DNA of 64,000 bases from Acidimicrobiia bacterium (GCA_046714175.1 JBKKBI010000084.1:26284-90283), one strand, 5' to 3'. Shown: positions 38,045 through 49,747, counted from the stretch's first letter. Made by a program: numbers and translations. Notes: a model not told the origin generated them from the sequence alone.

Positions 38045-39685
38045 CTACCGCCGCCCCGCCGCCTCCCGGGCGTGATACGACGACCGGACCAGAGGCCCGC
38101 TCTCGACGTGGCGCAGACCCAGCCCCTCACCGACTTCCTTGTACTCGGCGAACTCCTCTGGAGCCACGTACCGGTCGATCTGGCGGTGCCGCGCGGTCGG
38201 CCGAAGATACTGGCCGATCGTGACGATATCGACGCCGACCGCACGCAGATCGGCGAGCGCGCCAAACACCTCCTCCCGAGTCTCTCCCATGCCCACGATG
38301 AGTCCCGACTTGATCAGCGACTCCGGCCTCATCCCGCGCCCGCGGGCGAGCAGGGCCAGCGAGCGTCCGTAGTTGGCTGCGGTCCGCACCTCGCGCTGCA
38401 GGCGGAGGACCGTCTCGGTGTTGTGATTGAGCACGTCGGGAGCGGCATCCATCACGGTTCGCAGCGCCGCCCGATCCCCCTTGAAGTCGGGAATGAGCAC
38501 TTCCACGTCACAATCGAGTCGCTCCCGAATTTGGCGAATCGTCTCGGCGAAGATCTCCGATCCCCCATCAGCAAGGTCGTCGCGATTCACCGAGGTGAGC
38601 ACGGCGTGCTCCAACCGCATCTCTGTCACCGCCTCAGCGACCCGCTTGGGCTCGTCCCAATCGACTTCGCCAGGCCGTCCGGTGGCGACATCGCAGAACC
38701 CACAAGCCCGAGTGCACACCTCGCCGAGGAGCATGAAGGTCGCGGTGCCGCTCCCCCAACACTCCGAGATGTTGGGACAGGAAGCCTCCTCGCACACGGT
38801 ATTGAGCCGCAGGCCCTGCACCAACCGCTTCACGTCGCGGTACCCCGCCCCGAGATCGAGGCGCACCTTCATCCAGTCCGGCTTCTCGGGCTCGCCGGGA
38901 AGCCGGCCCCTGCGGGCCACGGGGAGTTCCGCGCGCCGCTCCGGAGAGAACGCCCCGCCGGCCACCAACTCATCGATCTCGAACACCGGCAATGCCCGCC
39001 CTGTCCCTCGGGTGAACTCGGCCCGCTGCTCGTCTACCGCTTGGTAGCCGAACTCGGCGGCGAAGCGGGGTACAACGAGTTCGATCACCTCTTCGATGGA
39101 GATGGGCCTGCCGAGCAACTCCACCAGGCTCGTGACCGGCCGATCCGGGATGCCGCAAGGAACGATGTGCTGGAAGTAGCCCAGGTCGGGGGCGACATTG
39201 AGAGCGAACCCGTGGGTGGTGACCCGATGCGATACCCGGACCCCGATCGCGGCCACCTTGCCGTGTTCGGTCCACACCCCGGGAAAGCCTTCGTCTCGCC
39301 AACCCGCCAGCCCGAGATCCGCCATCACTCCGATCAGCACCTCTTCCAGCGTGGCGACGTGAGCCGCCACCGCCGGTCTATCGCCAAGGTGGCGAACGGG
39401 ATAGCCCACCAACTGACCCGGGCCGTGATAGGTGACATCGCCCCCGCGGTCCACCTGGTGTATCTCGGCGCCGACCGAGGCGGCCATTTCCCTCGACACG
39501 AGGAGGTTGGACCCGGAGGAGAATCGGCCGACCGTGTAGACATGGGGATGTTCGAGCAGCAGCAAGTAGTCGTCACCGGTACGGCCCTCGACTCGTCCCT
39601 CGTGAAGCGCCCGCTGCAGATCCCACGCCTCCTCGTACGGGAGGCGGCCCAACCACCGCACCCGCAAGCGCTCGGTTGTCACCAC
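38045..39685 (-). CDS. lipBA: Bifunctional fusion of octanoyltransferase LipB (N-terminal) and lipoyl synthase LipA (C-terminal radical-SAM)
   Basis: A single uninterrupted 546-aa frame. The LipB part has HQVDRGGDVTYHGPGQLVGYP and KVAAIGVRV motifs. The LipA part has the CxxxCxxC cluster CTRACGFC and the auxiliary cluster CEEASCPNISEC. Confidence 0.8.
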   Translation of the reverse strand: MVTTERLRVRWLGRLPYEEAWDLQRALHEGRVEGRTGDDYLLLLEHPHVYTVGRFSSGSNLLVSREMAASVGAEIHQVDRGGDVTYHGPGQLVGYPVRHLGDRPAVAAHVATLEEVLIGVMADLGLAGWRDEGFPGVWTEHGKVAAIGVRVSHRVTTHGFALNVAPDLGYFQHIVPCGIPDRPVTSLVELLGRPISIEEVIELVVPRFAAEFGYQAVDEQRAEFTRGTGRALPVFEIDELVAGGAFSPERRAELPVARRGRLPGEPEKPDWMKVRLDLGAGYRDVKRLVQGLRLNTVCEEASCPNISECWGSGTATFMLLGEVCTRACGFCDVATGRPGEVDWDEPKRVAEAVTEMRLEHAVLTSVNRDDLADGGSEIFAETIRQIRERLDCDVEVLIPDFKGDRAALRTVMDAAPDVLNHNTETVLRLQREVRTAANYGRSLALLARGRGMRPESLIKSGLIVGMGETREEVFGALADLRAVGVDIVTIGQYLRPTARHRQIDRYVAPEEFAEYKEVGEGLGLRHVESGPLVRSSYHAREAAGRR

Positions 39686-39731
39686 GGGCGTGGCAGACCG
39701 GCCACAGCCGGCACCGGAGTGAGTCCGAGTG

Positions 39732-41222
39732 TCACGCCAGCTCCTGCTCCCAGTCCCACGTCTCCAGATTCTGTTTGATCCTGCTCAGGAACTTCACCGC
39801 CGTCGATCCATCGAAGGCCCGATGGTCCCAAGACAGGCCGAGGTACCCGACATGGTGGATGGCAATCGCGTCGTTGCCGTCACGGTCGGTCACCACGATC
39901 GGCCTCTTGACCACGGTATCCGTGGACAGGATTGCCACATTCGGCACGTTGATGATCGGAGCGGACATGAACGACCCGAAGGGTCCCGGGTTGGTGATCG
40001 TGAATGTGGACCCGGCGAGGTCGTCGGGCTCCATCTTCCCGGAGCGGGCCTTCTCGGCGAGACGGCGCACTTCGCGGGCGATGCCGCGCATCCTCAGACC
40101 GTCGGCGCCGCGCATCGTCATCACCAAGAGCCCTTCTTCCTCGAGGTCGACTCCGTAGCCGAGGTTGACCGTTCCATGGAGTATGCGCGCCTTGTTCACC
40201 AGGTCGAGGCTCGAGTTCACCACCGGAAACATGCCGAGCGCGTCGACGACCGCACGGCTGACAAATGGGAGGTAGGTAAGCGAGAAACCCTCCCGCTCCT
40301 TGAACGCGTCGCGGTGACGGCGGCGCACGCGCTCCACCGGCTCGAAGTCGACCTCGACCGACGTCCACACGTGGGCGGCGGTCTGCTTGGCTCGGATCAT
40401 GTTGTCAGCGATCCGAATGCGCAGCCGCGACAGATCCTCGACGCGATCACCTCCCCCGGTGTGCATCGTCGCCGCGGTCTGGGGCGCCGGTGCCACCGCG
40501 GGGGGCGACGCCACGGTCGGCTGGGACGGGGTGAACATGGCGTGCTCAGCCGGCTTGTCGACGATCAAATCCGAGATACCGCGACCCAATACGGTGCGAG
40601 GGGGTTCGCCCCCGACTGCCTCCAGAGGTCCCGGGGCGGAGGCGATGAACGCTTCCAGGTCACGCCGGGTGATGCGACCGTCGGTCCCGGTGCCAGCCAC
40701 CCGCGCCAGATCCACGCCGTGCTCGATGGCGAGACGGCGCACCACCGGCGACAGCATCCCGACTTCCGCCCCGGCCGTGGCAGGCACGCCGGTGGGTACC
40801 ACTGTTGCCGGCGGGGGGCTTACGGCCTGCAGTACCGCCTGGGGCGGCTCGGCTGGCTGCGGCTCGGCCGGCTGCGGCTCGGCTGGCTGCGGAACCGTCG
40901 CCTGTGGGGCGGCCGCGGGAGCAGCGGGGGGGACCGGGGATGCAGCCACCGCGGGAACAGGCGCCGCCGCTCCGCCGGCCTCACCAGGCTGTCCGATGAC
41001 GACCAATGGGGTGCCGACAGCGACGGTCGCCCCCTCAGGAACCAAGATCTCAAGAATGGTCCCCGCCACCGGCGACGGCACCTCGGTGTCGACCTTGTCG
41101 GTCGAGATCTCGAGAAGGACCTCGTCTTCGCGAATGGTGTCTCCCGGCTGCTTCGACCACTTGAGGATCGTGCCTTCCGTGACCGTCTCGCCGAGCTGAG
41201 GCATGGTGACCGTAAGGGACAT
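39732..41222 (-). CDS. Dihydrolipoamide acyltransferase E2 component of a 2-oxoacid dehydrogenase complex
   Basis: Lipoyl domain (EISTDKVD), a Pro/Ala/Glu-rich linker with a QPAEP x3 repeat, the E3-binding domain, and the catalytic domain with DHR motif (SWDHRAFDG). Confidence 0.9.
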   Translation of the reverse strand: MSLTVTMPQLGETVTEGTILKWSKQPGDTIREDEVLLEISTDKVDTEVPSPVAGTILEILVPEGATVAVGTPLVVIGQPGEAGGAAAPVPAVAASPVPPAAPAAAPQATVPQPAEPQPAEPQPAEPPQAVLQAVSPPPATVVPTGVPATAGAEVGMLSPVVRRLAIEHGVDLARVAGTGTDGRITRRDLEAFIASAPGPLEAVGGEPPRTVLGRGISDLIVDKPAEHAMFTPSQPTVASPPAVAPAPQTAATMHTGGGDRVEDLSRLRIRIADNMIRAKQTAAHVWTSVEVDFEPVERVRRRHRDAFKEREGFSLTYLPFVSRAVVDALGMFPVVNSSLDLVNKARILHGTVNLGYGVDLEEEGLLVMTMRGADGLRMRGIAREVRRLAEKARSGKMEPDDLAGSTFTITNPGPFGSFMSAPIINVPNVAILSTDTVVKRPIVVTDRDGNDAIAIHHVGYLGLSWDHRAFDGSTAVKFLSRIKQNLETWDWEQELA

Positions 41223-41234
41223 GGGTTGATTCTC

Positions 41235-43229
41235 CTACAACGCGGCGAGTTTGTTTACGGCAGCGACCACCTGGTCGACCTGCGGGACAAAGGCATCCTC
41301 GAGGATCGGGGAAAACGGAATGTGAGTATGCGGCGGGGTCACTCGAATGATTGGCCCATCGAGGTCCCAAAAAGCCTCGGCTGCAACTCGGGCGGCCACT
41401 TCGGAGGCGACCGAGGCGAAGGGCACATCTTCTTGCACGACCACCAGGCGTGACGTCTTGACCACCGAGGCAAAGACGGCCTCCCAATCGAGGGGCACGA
41501 TCGTCTGCAGGTCGATGATCTCCACGGAAACGTCCTCCGCCTCGAGAAGCCCGGCGGCTTCGAGTGAGGTGTGCACCATGGCACCCCAGGTGACGATGGT
41601 GACGTCGTCGCCGACCCGAGCCACCCGCGCCTTGCCCAGCGGCAGCTCGTAACTCCCCGGCGGGAGCGGCTCCTTGATGCTGCGGTAGAGCTTCTTGTGC
41701 TCGAGGAACACCACCGGATTGGGATCGCGGATCGCGGCCACCAGCAGCCCTTTGGCCGCGGTCGGGGTGCTGGGTACCACGACCTTGACGCCGGGATGGT
41801 GCGCCAGCATTCCCTCCGGGCTGATCGAGTGGAACGGTCCGGCGCGCAACCCGGCTCCGCTGGGCCCCCGAACGACGATCGGCACCGAGTGCCGCGCCTT
41901 CCACAGGTACTTGGCGGCCTCGTTGAACAGTTGATCGAGACCGGGGTAGATGAAGTCGGTGTACTGCAACTCCGCCACAGGTCGTTGTCCCATGAGGGCC
42001 GCTCCCACGGCTCCCCCGATGATCCCCGACTCTGCGATCGGGGTGTCGATCACTCGATTGGGTCCGTACTTCTCGAAGAGACCCTTGGTGACCTTGAATG
42101 CGCCTCCAAACGACCCGACATCCTCTCCCAACAAGAAAACGCGATCGTCACGATCCATCTCCTCGTCGAGCGCCAGGGTGATGGCATCGAGCAGAGTCAC
42201 CGGCTCCCCCGCTGGCTCTCCGGGCTCTGGTCCGGTGAAGGTAGCTGGAGCAAACAGGTCGAGATGAACGTCTGCGGCGACTGGATCGGCCTGCGTCTGC
42301 GCCCACTCGATCGTGGTGCGGATCTTCTCCTCAAGACGATCGTGAACCGCTTGGCGTTGCGCCTCATCGAGCAAACCGCGGGAGGTCAAGTACTCCTCGA
42401 AGCGCGGCAACGGATCGCGCGCCATCCACGCCTCGCGCTCATCGGGTTTCACGTATTCAGCGGAATCGTGACCGGCGTGTCCAAAGTGACGGAAGGTGAC
42501 GGCCTCGATCAGCGTGGGGCCTTCGCCCCGTCGCGCCCGCTCCACCGCCTCGCGTGCCACGGCGTAACACTCGAGGACGTCGTTGCCATCGATGACGACA
42601 CCGGGGATGCCGTATCCGTCGGCGCGGTGTCCGGAGTAGGCGAGACGGAACTGGCCGTCGTTGGGAGTCGAGTATGCGTATTGGTTGTTCTGGATCGTGA
42701 AGACGATCGGTAATTGCAGGACTGCGGCCATGTTGACCGCCTCGTGCCAGGTGCCAGTTGCGGTCGACCCCTCACCGCAATCCGCCAGGGCTACCCGTCG
42801 TTCGCCGCGCTGTTTGAACGCCAGCGCCGCCCCCATGGCGACCGGGTAGGCGTCGGGAAGCGGAGAGATCACCATGAGCGTGCCCTTCTCCAACACGCCA
42901 AAGTGGCTGTTGCCATCGCGACCCTTGCTCGGTCCCGACGCCTTTCCGTAGAAGTTGAGCATCGCCTCCTCGAGCGTGACTCCCTTGGTCAGTTGGGCCA
43001 GGAGGTCGCGATGAGTCGGTCCGAATATGTCGCCGGGTTCCAGTGCCGAAATCAACCCGACCTGAGCCGCCTCCTGGCCAACCCCCGGATAGACCGCGCC
43101 GGGGAGACGCCCGCCGCGGTACATGTTGTGCAGACGGGTCTCGAGCAGCCGACCGGTCATCATGAGCTCGTACATCGCCATGAGCTGGGCCGGCGAGAGC
43201 TCAGCGGCGTGTCCCCGGGCCTCGATCAC
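41235..43229 (-). CDS. 2-oxoacid dehydrogenase E1 component, fused alpha and beta subunits (TPP-dependent)
   Basis: At 664 aa, the N-terminal half has E1-alpha TPP-binding motifs (GDG...N) and the C-terminal half is an E1-beta transketolase-like domain. Confidence 0.85.
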   Translation of the reverse strand: MIEARGHAAELSPAQLMAMYELMMTGRLLETRLHNMYRGGRLPGAVYPGVGQEAAQVGLISALEPGDIFGPTHRDLLAQLTKGVTLEEAMLNFYGKASGPSKGRDGNSHFGVLEKGTLMVISPLPDAYPVAMGAALAFKQRGERRVALADCGEGSTATGTWHEAVNMAAVLQLPIVFTIQNNQYAYSTPNDGQFRLAYSGHRADGYGIPGVVIDGNDVLECYAVAREAVERARRGEGPTLIEAVTFRHFGHAGHDSAEYVKPDEREAWMARDPLPRFEEYLTSRGLLDEAQRQAVHDRLEEKIRTTIEWAQTQADPVAADVHLDLFAPATFTGPEPGEPAGEPVTLLDAITLALDEEMDRDDRVFLLGEDVGSFGGAFKVTKGLFEKYGPNRVIDTPIAESGIIGGAVGAALMGQRPVAELQYTDFIYPGLDQLFNEAAKYLWKARHSVPIVVRGPSGAGLRAGPFHSISPEGMLAHHPGVKVVVPSTPTAAKGLLVAAIRDPNPVVFLEHKKLYRSIKEPLPPGSYELPLGKARVARVGDDVTIVTWGAMVHTSLEAAGLLEAEDVSVEIIDLQTIVPLDWEAVFASVVKTSRLVVVQEDVPFASVASEVAARVAAEAFWDLDGPIIRVTPPHTHIPFSPILEDAFVPQVDQVVAAVNKLAAL

Positions 43230-43274
43230 GATCGATCCCCCCTCACATCCGTCCCTCGGTGCGCACCAGCCATG

Positions 43275-44642
43275 TCAGTGCAGGCTCCGCCCCGATGCCG
43301 CCAACAACGACTCCCCGATCGCTTCGGAAAGTGTGGGATGGGCGTGAATGAACGCCGCGGCCTCGGAAGGAAGCGCCTCCCACCCGACCGCATACATCAG
43401 CTCGTGGATCAACTCCCCCGCCTGCGGACCGACGACCGTTGCCCCGAGAATGGGCCCGCCTCGCTCGGAGACGATCTTCACCAGACCCTGCGCCTGACCC
43501 TTGATGATGGCCCGGCCCACGCCTGCCATCCCGTGATCGTGGGTCACCACATCGTGTCCCGCGGCGCGCGCCTGAGCCTCGGTGAGGCCCACCGACGCCA
43601 CTTCGGGAAGGGAGTAGACGACTAGCGGAATCGCCCGGTACTCGACCGGGGCCGCCGTCCCGGTGGCGATGTGCGTGATAGCGGCGATACCCTCGGCGAA
43701 TCCGGCGTGAGCCAGCTGCGGGGTACCCGCCACGATGTCTCCGACGGCATAGATTCCGGGGGCATCTGTGAGCATGGTGCGTCGGTCGGCGATCACGTAT
43801 CCGCGGTCGAGGCGAACGCCCGCTTCCTCCAATCCGATCCCGCTGGTCACCGGTGCCCGGCCCACCGCCACCAGCACCACATCGACTTCGACCGCAACTC
43901 CCCCGGCCGAAACGGTCACGCCCGACGGCCCGATCACCGGGGGCTCGACCGCGGCCCCGGTGGTAATTCCGATGCCCTTCTTCGCCAGGATCCGGGCGAG
44001 CAGCTTGGCGGCCTCGGGTTCGGCCCCGGGGAGGATCTGGTCGAAGACTTCAAACACATGTACCTGGCTACCCAACTCGGCGAGGTAGCAGGCGAACTCG
44101 ATTCCGATCGCGCCGCCGCCGATCACCGCGACCCGACGCGGCTGGGCGTGCCAATCCAAGCCGTGATCCGAGGTGACAATGCGTACCCCGTCGGGTTCGT
44201 ATCCCGGGATGCTGCGCGGCACCGAGCCCGTGGCCACGATCACCTTGCGTGCTTCGAGGCGTCGTGGGGTCTCACCGGCCACGTCCACGATCCCCGGGCC
44301 GGACACGCGGCCCGTTCCCGCCACGATCTCCACCTTGCGCTGTTTGAGGAGGCCGAGCAGGCCTTTGTGCAGCTGGCCGACGACGGCGTCCTTGTGCTGG
44401 CGGGCGCGGTCCCAATCGACCGAGGGAGCGGAGACGATCACCCCTGCGTGGGCGGCATGCGCCACCTCGGCGAACACCTCGGCGGTGTGGATCCACGCCT
44501 TGGCCGGAATGCAACCCCGGTGCAGGCAGGTCCCGCCAATATCGGCTCGTTCGACCAGGACGACGGAGAGTCCAAAGTTGTGGGCGTAGAGCGCAGCGGC
44601 GTAGCCCCCGGGCCCACCGCCAATGATCGCGACGTCGTGCAA
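43275..44642 (-). CDS. lpd: Dihydrolipoyl dehydrogenase (E3, Lpd)
   Basis: The GGGPGGY FAD motif, the redox-active GGTCLHRGCIPAK disulfide, and the interface His/Glu near the C-terminus. Confidence 0.9.
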   Translation of the reverse strand: MHDVAIIGGGPGGYAAALYAHNFGLSVVLVERADIGGTCLHRGCIPAKAWIHTAEVFAEVAHAAHAGVIVSAPSVDWDRARQHKDAVVGQLHKGLLGLLKQRKVEIVAGTGRVSGPGIVDVAGETPRRLEARKVIVATGSVPRSIPGYEPDGVRIVTSDHGLDWHAQPRRVAVIGGGAIGIEFACYLAELGSQVHVFEVFDQILPGAEPEAAKLLARILAKKGIGITTGAAVEPPVIGPSGVTVSAGGVAVEVDVVLVAVGRAPVTSGIGLEEAGVRLDRGYVIADRRTMLTDAPGIYAVGDIVAGTPQLAHAGFAEGIAAITHIATGTAAPVEYRAIPLVVYSLPEVASVGLTEAQARAAGHDVVTHDHGMAGVGRAIIKGQAQGLVKIVSERGGPILGATVVGPQAGELIHELMYAVGWEALPSEAAAFIHAHPTLSEAIGESLLAASGRSLH

Positions 44643-44743
44643 CAGCCCTCCAGTCGGTGCCGCCAGAGCCTAGAGCCTCGCCGGTTGCGGAACCAGGGAC
44701 CATTCGTCGGACTGCCGCCGGCCGCGGGTACCCTCGCCGGGCC

Positions 44744-44836
44744 ATGCAAACCCGCTACCTGCTCGTGGCCGCTCTGATCACCGCTCTGGTGATCCTGGCC
44801 GCATCCCTGGTCTGGTTTCTCCGGGTCGGGACGTGA
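44744..44836 (+). CDS. Possible small hydrophobic peptide (30 aa, MQTRYLLVAALITALVILAASLVWFLRVGT)
   Basis: A short ORF read directly, missed by the 60-aa cutoff. Its stop overlaps the GTG start of the downstream hydrolase. Confidence 0.2.
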   Translation: MQTRYLLVAALITALVILAASLVWFLRVGT

Positions 44837-45477
44837 TCACCACCTCAGACGGGATCAGCCTCGAGTCACTGTGGGATGAGCCTGCCGGCGAACCCGAGGG
44901 GTGCGTGGTGCTGTGCCACCCCCATCCGCTCGATGGCGGCACCATGAATGCCCCGCTCATGCGAATGGTGGCGGCGACACTGGCAGCATCCGGTCTATGG
45001 GTGCTGCGATTCAACTTTCGCGGGGTGGGACTCTCCCAAGGTGAATGGGGCGTCGGCCGTGGCGAGGTGTCCGATGTCGCTGCGGCAGTCGCTGCGGCCG
45101 GGGAGACCCGGCCTGGCCTGCCGATGGGCGTCGCCGGCTGGTCGTTCGGTGCCTCCACCTCGCTCCGCTGGCAGGCGGAGTCCGGATCGACCTTGCCTTG
45201 GGCGGGGATCGCACCCGGGATTCAGACCTACCGCGACGCCGAGCCTCCCGATGTCACCAGACTTGCTCCGGCGCCGCGACTGATCGTCCATGGCGACCGG
45301 GACCAATTCGCCTCCCCCGCCGCGATGGCTGAGTTCGCCTCCTCATTCGGGGCCCGCCTGGAGGTTCTCCGGGGTTCCGACCACTTCTTTGTGTTCCGGG
45401 GGCGGCGGGTGGGGGCTCTGGTGGCGGCGCACTTTGGAGGTCGCCCGGTGGACCCCGACGGCGGCGCTCAGACTTGA
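44833..45477 (+). CDS. Alpha/beta hydrolase fold protein
   Basis: A 214-aa protein with the nucleophile elbow GWSFGAS and a C-terminal HGDRDQF...DHFF catalytic His region. The start codon is GTG. Confidence 0.65.
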   Translation: MITTSDGISLESLWDEPAGEPEGCVVLCHPHPLDGGTMNAPLMRMVAATLAASGLWVLRFNFRGVGLSQGEWGVGRGEVSDVAAAVAAAGETRPGLPMGVAGWSFGASTSLRWQAESGSTLPWAGIAPGIQTYRDAEPPDVTRLAPAPRLIVHGDRDQFASPAAMAEFASSFGARLEVLRGSDHFFVFRGRRVGALVAAHFGGRPVDPDGGAQT

Positions 45478-45674
45478 GGTCGGTAACCGCGCGATCGCGC
45501 CTCGGCGGCAGTATCCGGGGCGAAGGTGACGACGGGGAGCACGGCCACCACCTCGGCGCCACCGGCCAAGCCCCGCAACAGTGCGCACTGATCGGGATCG
45601 TCGGTGTCGTACAGCGCCAGCGTGTCGCGTAGTCCTACGAATTGATGGTGTTCCAACCGACGGATACGGGACAT
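45468..45674 (-). CDS. Hypothetical small protein (68 aa from MSRIRRLEHHQF...)
   Basis: Coding bias only. The start is chosen to avoid overlap with the upstream lipoprotein gene. Confidence 0.3.
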   Translation of the reverse strand: MSRIRRLEHHQFVGLRDTLALYDTDDPDQCALLRGLAGGAEVVAVLPVVTFAPDTAAEARSRGYRPQV

Positions 45675-45699
45675 GATCCTCCTTGGAGCGCCCGCGCTC

Positions 45700-46116
45700 T
45701 CAGATGTCGTTAACTTCGACCAGAACCTGGGTCGCGCCACCTTGGGCGATGAACCGGATCTCCCCCGTCAGCTCATCTCGGCCGAAAGAGATCGTCCACG
45801 CGCTCGCCGAGCCCGATGATGCGCCGACCACGAAACCCTGACTGACCAGGCCGACATTGAAGTAGCGCACCGCCGCCTCGAGACTCGACCCCACTTGCAG
45901 CGCCATCTCGGTGCGGTGGTTGGCGCGATCGATCATTGTCGATCCGATCACCGCATCATCGGGAATGGGAAAGTCCGCCGGAATCGCCGGGGGTCGCTCC
46001 CCCACGCCGAATATCACCGGCTCGTCGGACACGTCCAGCGACCTGCCGCCGCCGCACGCGCCTGCGAGCGTGACCACCACCATCACGGTGCAGGCATGGC
46101 GTCGGTGTCGAATCAC
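45700..46116 (-). CDS. Putative lipoprotein (signal peptide with lipobox LAGACGGG)
   Basis: N-terminal h-region plus a Cys lipobox, 138 aa. Confidence 0.5.
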   Translation of the reverse strand: MIRHRRHACTVMVVVTLAGACGGGRSLDVSDEPVIFGVGERPPAIPADFPIPDDAVIGSTMIDRANHRTEMALQVGSSLEAAVRYFNVGLVSQGFVVGASSGSASAWTISFGRDELTGEIRFIAQGGATQVLVEVNDI

Positions 46117-46125
46117 CCTCGCCCC

Positions 46126-47765
<1,640 letters not shown>

Positions 47766-47769
<4 letters not shown>

Positions 47770-48044
47770 CCTGGCTCCTCTGGAGTCGGACCCACCGTAA
47801 CCGGGGATCCGCAGTTGGGACACGGGGCCACTGCCACTGCACCGACGATGAACGAAAACCCACATCGCGGGCAGGCGATGCGCGGCGACGGAGCCTCGGG
47901 GATCGGCGTCGGTGGCGGTGAGGCGGGGGCGATCGGTTCCGCCGCGGCACGCACGTCGTTCACCGTCCCGCAGACCGGGCAGGAGTGCCGGCCCGGGCCG
48001 GGAACGTCGAAGTTGGAGCGGCACCGCCCACAGCGGACGATCAT
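47766..48044 (-). CDS. Small double zinc-ribbon protein (92 aa, four CxxC pairs)
   Basis: CGRC...CPVCG and CPRCG...CPNCG motifs, translationally coupled (ATGA and GTGA overlaps) between a membrane-anchored protein gene and the mutase gene. Confidence 0.5.
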
Positions 48045-48454
48045 CCGGGTTCCTCGTCGGCCGGAGCGCCCACCGCACCAATGGAGACCAGGTAATCGAC
48101 ATCGGCCGCGATCACCTCAGCGATGTCGCGAGCCTCGACGTCGATCTCATTTTCCACGGCACGCTGCAGGATGTGATCGATCGCGTCGCCACTGCCCAGG
48201 ATCGCGCGCTGTCCCGCGCGCGGCGCGACTACCTGCTGGTATTCGATCTGCCACTCGAGAATCCGTCGCACCAGGCTTGTCCTCACGCGCAACGCGGTGG
48301 CGGGTTCGAGTCCGGCGTGGGCGAATCGGGCAGCGTCATCGAGCACATAAACCGGATCTGCGTCCCGGCGCCGCCGCCACCCCTGCCAGGTGAAGGCGAG
48401 AACGATCATCCCGAGGACCAAGACGAGGATCGAGCCACCAACCAGGGCACTCAT
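48041..48454 (-). CDS. Hypothetical membrane-anchored protein (137 aa)
   Basis: An N-terminal TM helix followed by a soluble domain. It is the first gene of the three-gene coupled set. Confidence 0.45.
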   Translation of the reverse strand: MSALVGGSILVLVLGMIVLAFTWQGWRRRRDADPVYVLDDAARFAHAGLEPATALRVRTSLVRRILEWQIEYQQVVAPRAGQRAILGSGDAIDHILQRAVENEIDVEARDIAEVIAADVDYLVSIGAVGAPADEEPG

Positions 48455-48510
48455 GGGGGAATCGTACCCCGGTCAGAGACGCCGCTCCGACGGGATGGGC
48501 GCCCCGACGA

Positions 48511-49647
48511 CTACACACCGAGCAGACCAGCGAGCTTCGCGCGATGCTGCGCGGGAGTGCCCAACAGAAGTTCGTCTGTCTTCGCCCGCTTGAAGTACAG
48601 ATGGGCATCGTGCTCCCAGGTGAACCCGATCCCGCCATGGATCTGGATGTTCTCAGCGGCGCAGCGGAAGTAAGCCTCAGAGCAAAGGGACTTGGCCATC
48701 GGGGCGACGATGGCCGCCTCGGGGTCGTCAGACGCCACCGCCCATCCGGCGTAATACGCCACCGACCTGGCCGACTCGACCTGAACCAGCATGTCTGCGC
48801 ACCTGTGTTTGATCGACTGGAACGATCCGATGGGCCGTCCGAACTGGACTCGCACTTTGGCGTACTCGACAGCCATGTCCAGGCACTTCTGGGCGCCGCC
48901 GACCTGCTCGAACGCCAAAGCCACGATCGCCCGGGTGGTCATGCCCTGCAATGCCTCCCAACCGGCGCCCCTCGCGCCCAGCACGGCCGCGGCCGACACC
49001 CGGACGTCCTCAAAGCTGATCTCGGCCTGCTTGCGAGTCATGTCCATTGTCTCCACGCGCCTTCGACCGATTCCGGGAGCGTCGGCTCCGACAACGACCA
49101 CCGAGACCCCATCGGTGCCTGTGGATCCCTCGGCCCGCACCGCCACCAGCAGCGTGTCCGCCGTGTGCCCGTCGATCACGAACGACTTGGTGCCCGAGAG
49201 CACCAGATCTCCGCCATCAGCACGGGCAACCATCCCAATCCCGGACGCGTCCCACCGGGCGGGGTCTTCTAGTTGGGCCACCGCGACACGGCGCTCGCCG
49301 GCTGCGATCCCGGAAAGCAAGTCCTTCTTTTGCTCGTCGGTGCCGAGATGTGCGATCAAGTCCGCTCCGAGCACCACGGAGGAGAAGAAGGGAGAAGGAA
49401 AGAGGGTTCGGCCCATCTCCTCCATGAGGATCCCCTGCTCCAGGAGACCGAACCCTGCGCCGCCGAACTCCTCAGGAATCGCCATCGCCTGCCAACCCTG
49501 CGCGGCGATGTCGGCCCACAGCCCGGAGTCGAAACCCATCTCGGTCTCCATGAGGCGGCGCACCACGGTGCTGGGCACCTTGTCGTCGAGAAACCGGCGC
49601 GCCGTGGCACGGAGCATGTCCTGCTCTTCCGAAAAGGCGAAGTTCAT
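48511..49647 (-). CDS. Acyl-CoA dehydrogenase
   Basis: An internal ATG at 49647 preceded by GGAGG (MNFAFSEEQDMLRA). ACAD fold motifs and the C-terminal catalytic Glu region (YFRCAAENIQIHGGIGFTWEHD). Confidence 0.85.
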   Translation of the reverse strand: MNFAFSEEQDMLRATARRFLDDKVPSTVVRRLMETEMGFDSGLWADIAAQGWQAMAIPEEFGGAGFGLLEQGILMEEMGRTLFPSPFFSSVVLGADLIAHLGTDEQKKDLLSGIAAGERRVAVAQLEDPARWDASGIGMVARADGGDLVLSGTKSFVIDGHTADTLLVAVRAEGSTGTDGVSVVVVGADAPGIGRRRVETMDMTRKQAEISFEDVRVSAAAVLGARGAGWEALQGMTTRAIVALAFEQVGGAQKCLDMAVEYAKVRVQFGRPIGSFQSIKHRCADMLVQVESARSVAYYAGWAVASDDPEAAIVAPMAKSLCSEAYFRCAAENIQIHGGIGFTWEHDAHLYFKRAKTDELLLGTPAQHRAKLAGLLGV

Positions 49648-49747
49648 CACCTGCCTCCGTTGTCTCCGCCGGGTGTCAGGGTAGTGAGAGGCGTACCCGG
49701 ACTGTTCCGTGTGCCAGAGTGGGACATGCGACGCGGGGAGAGCTTCG

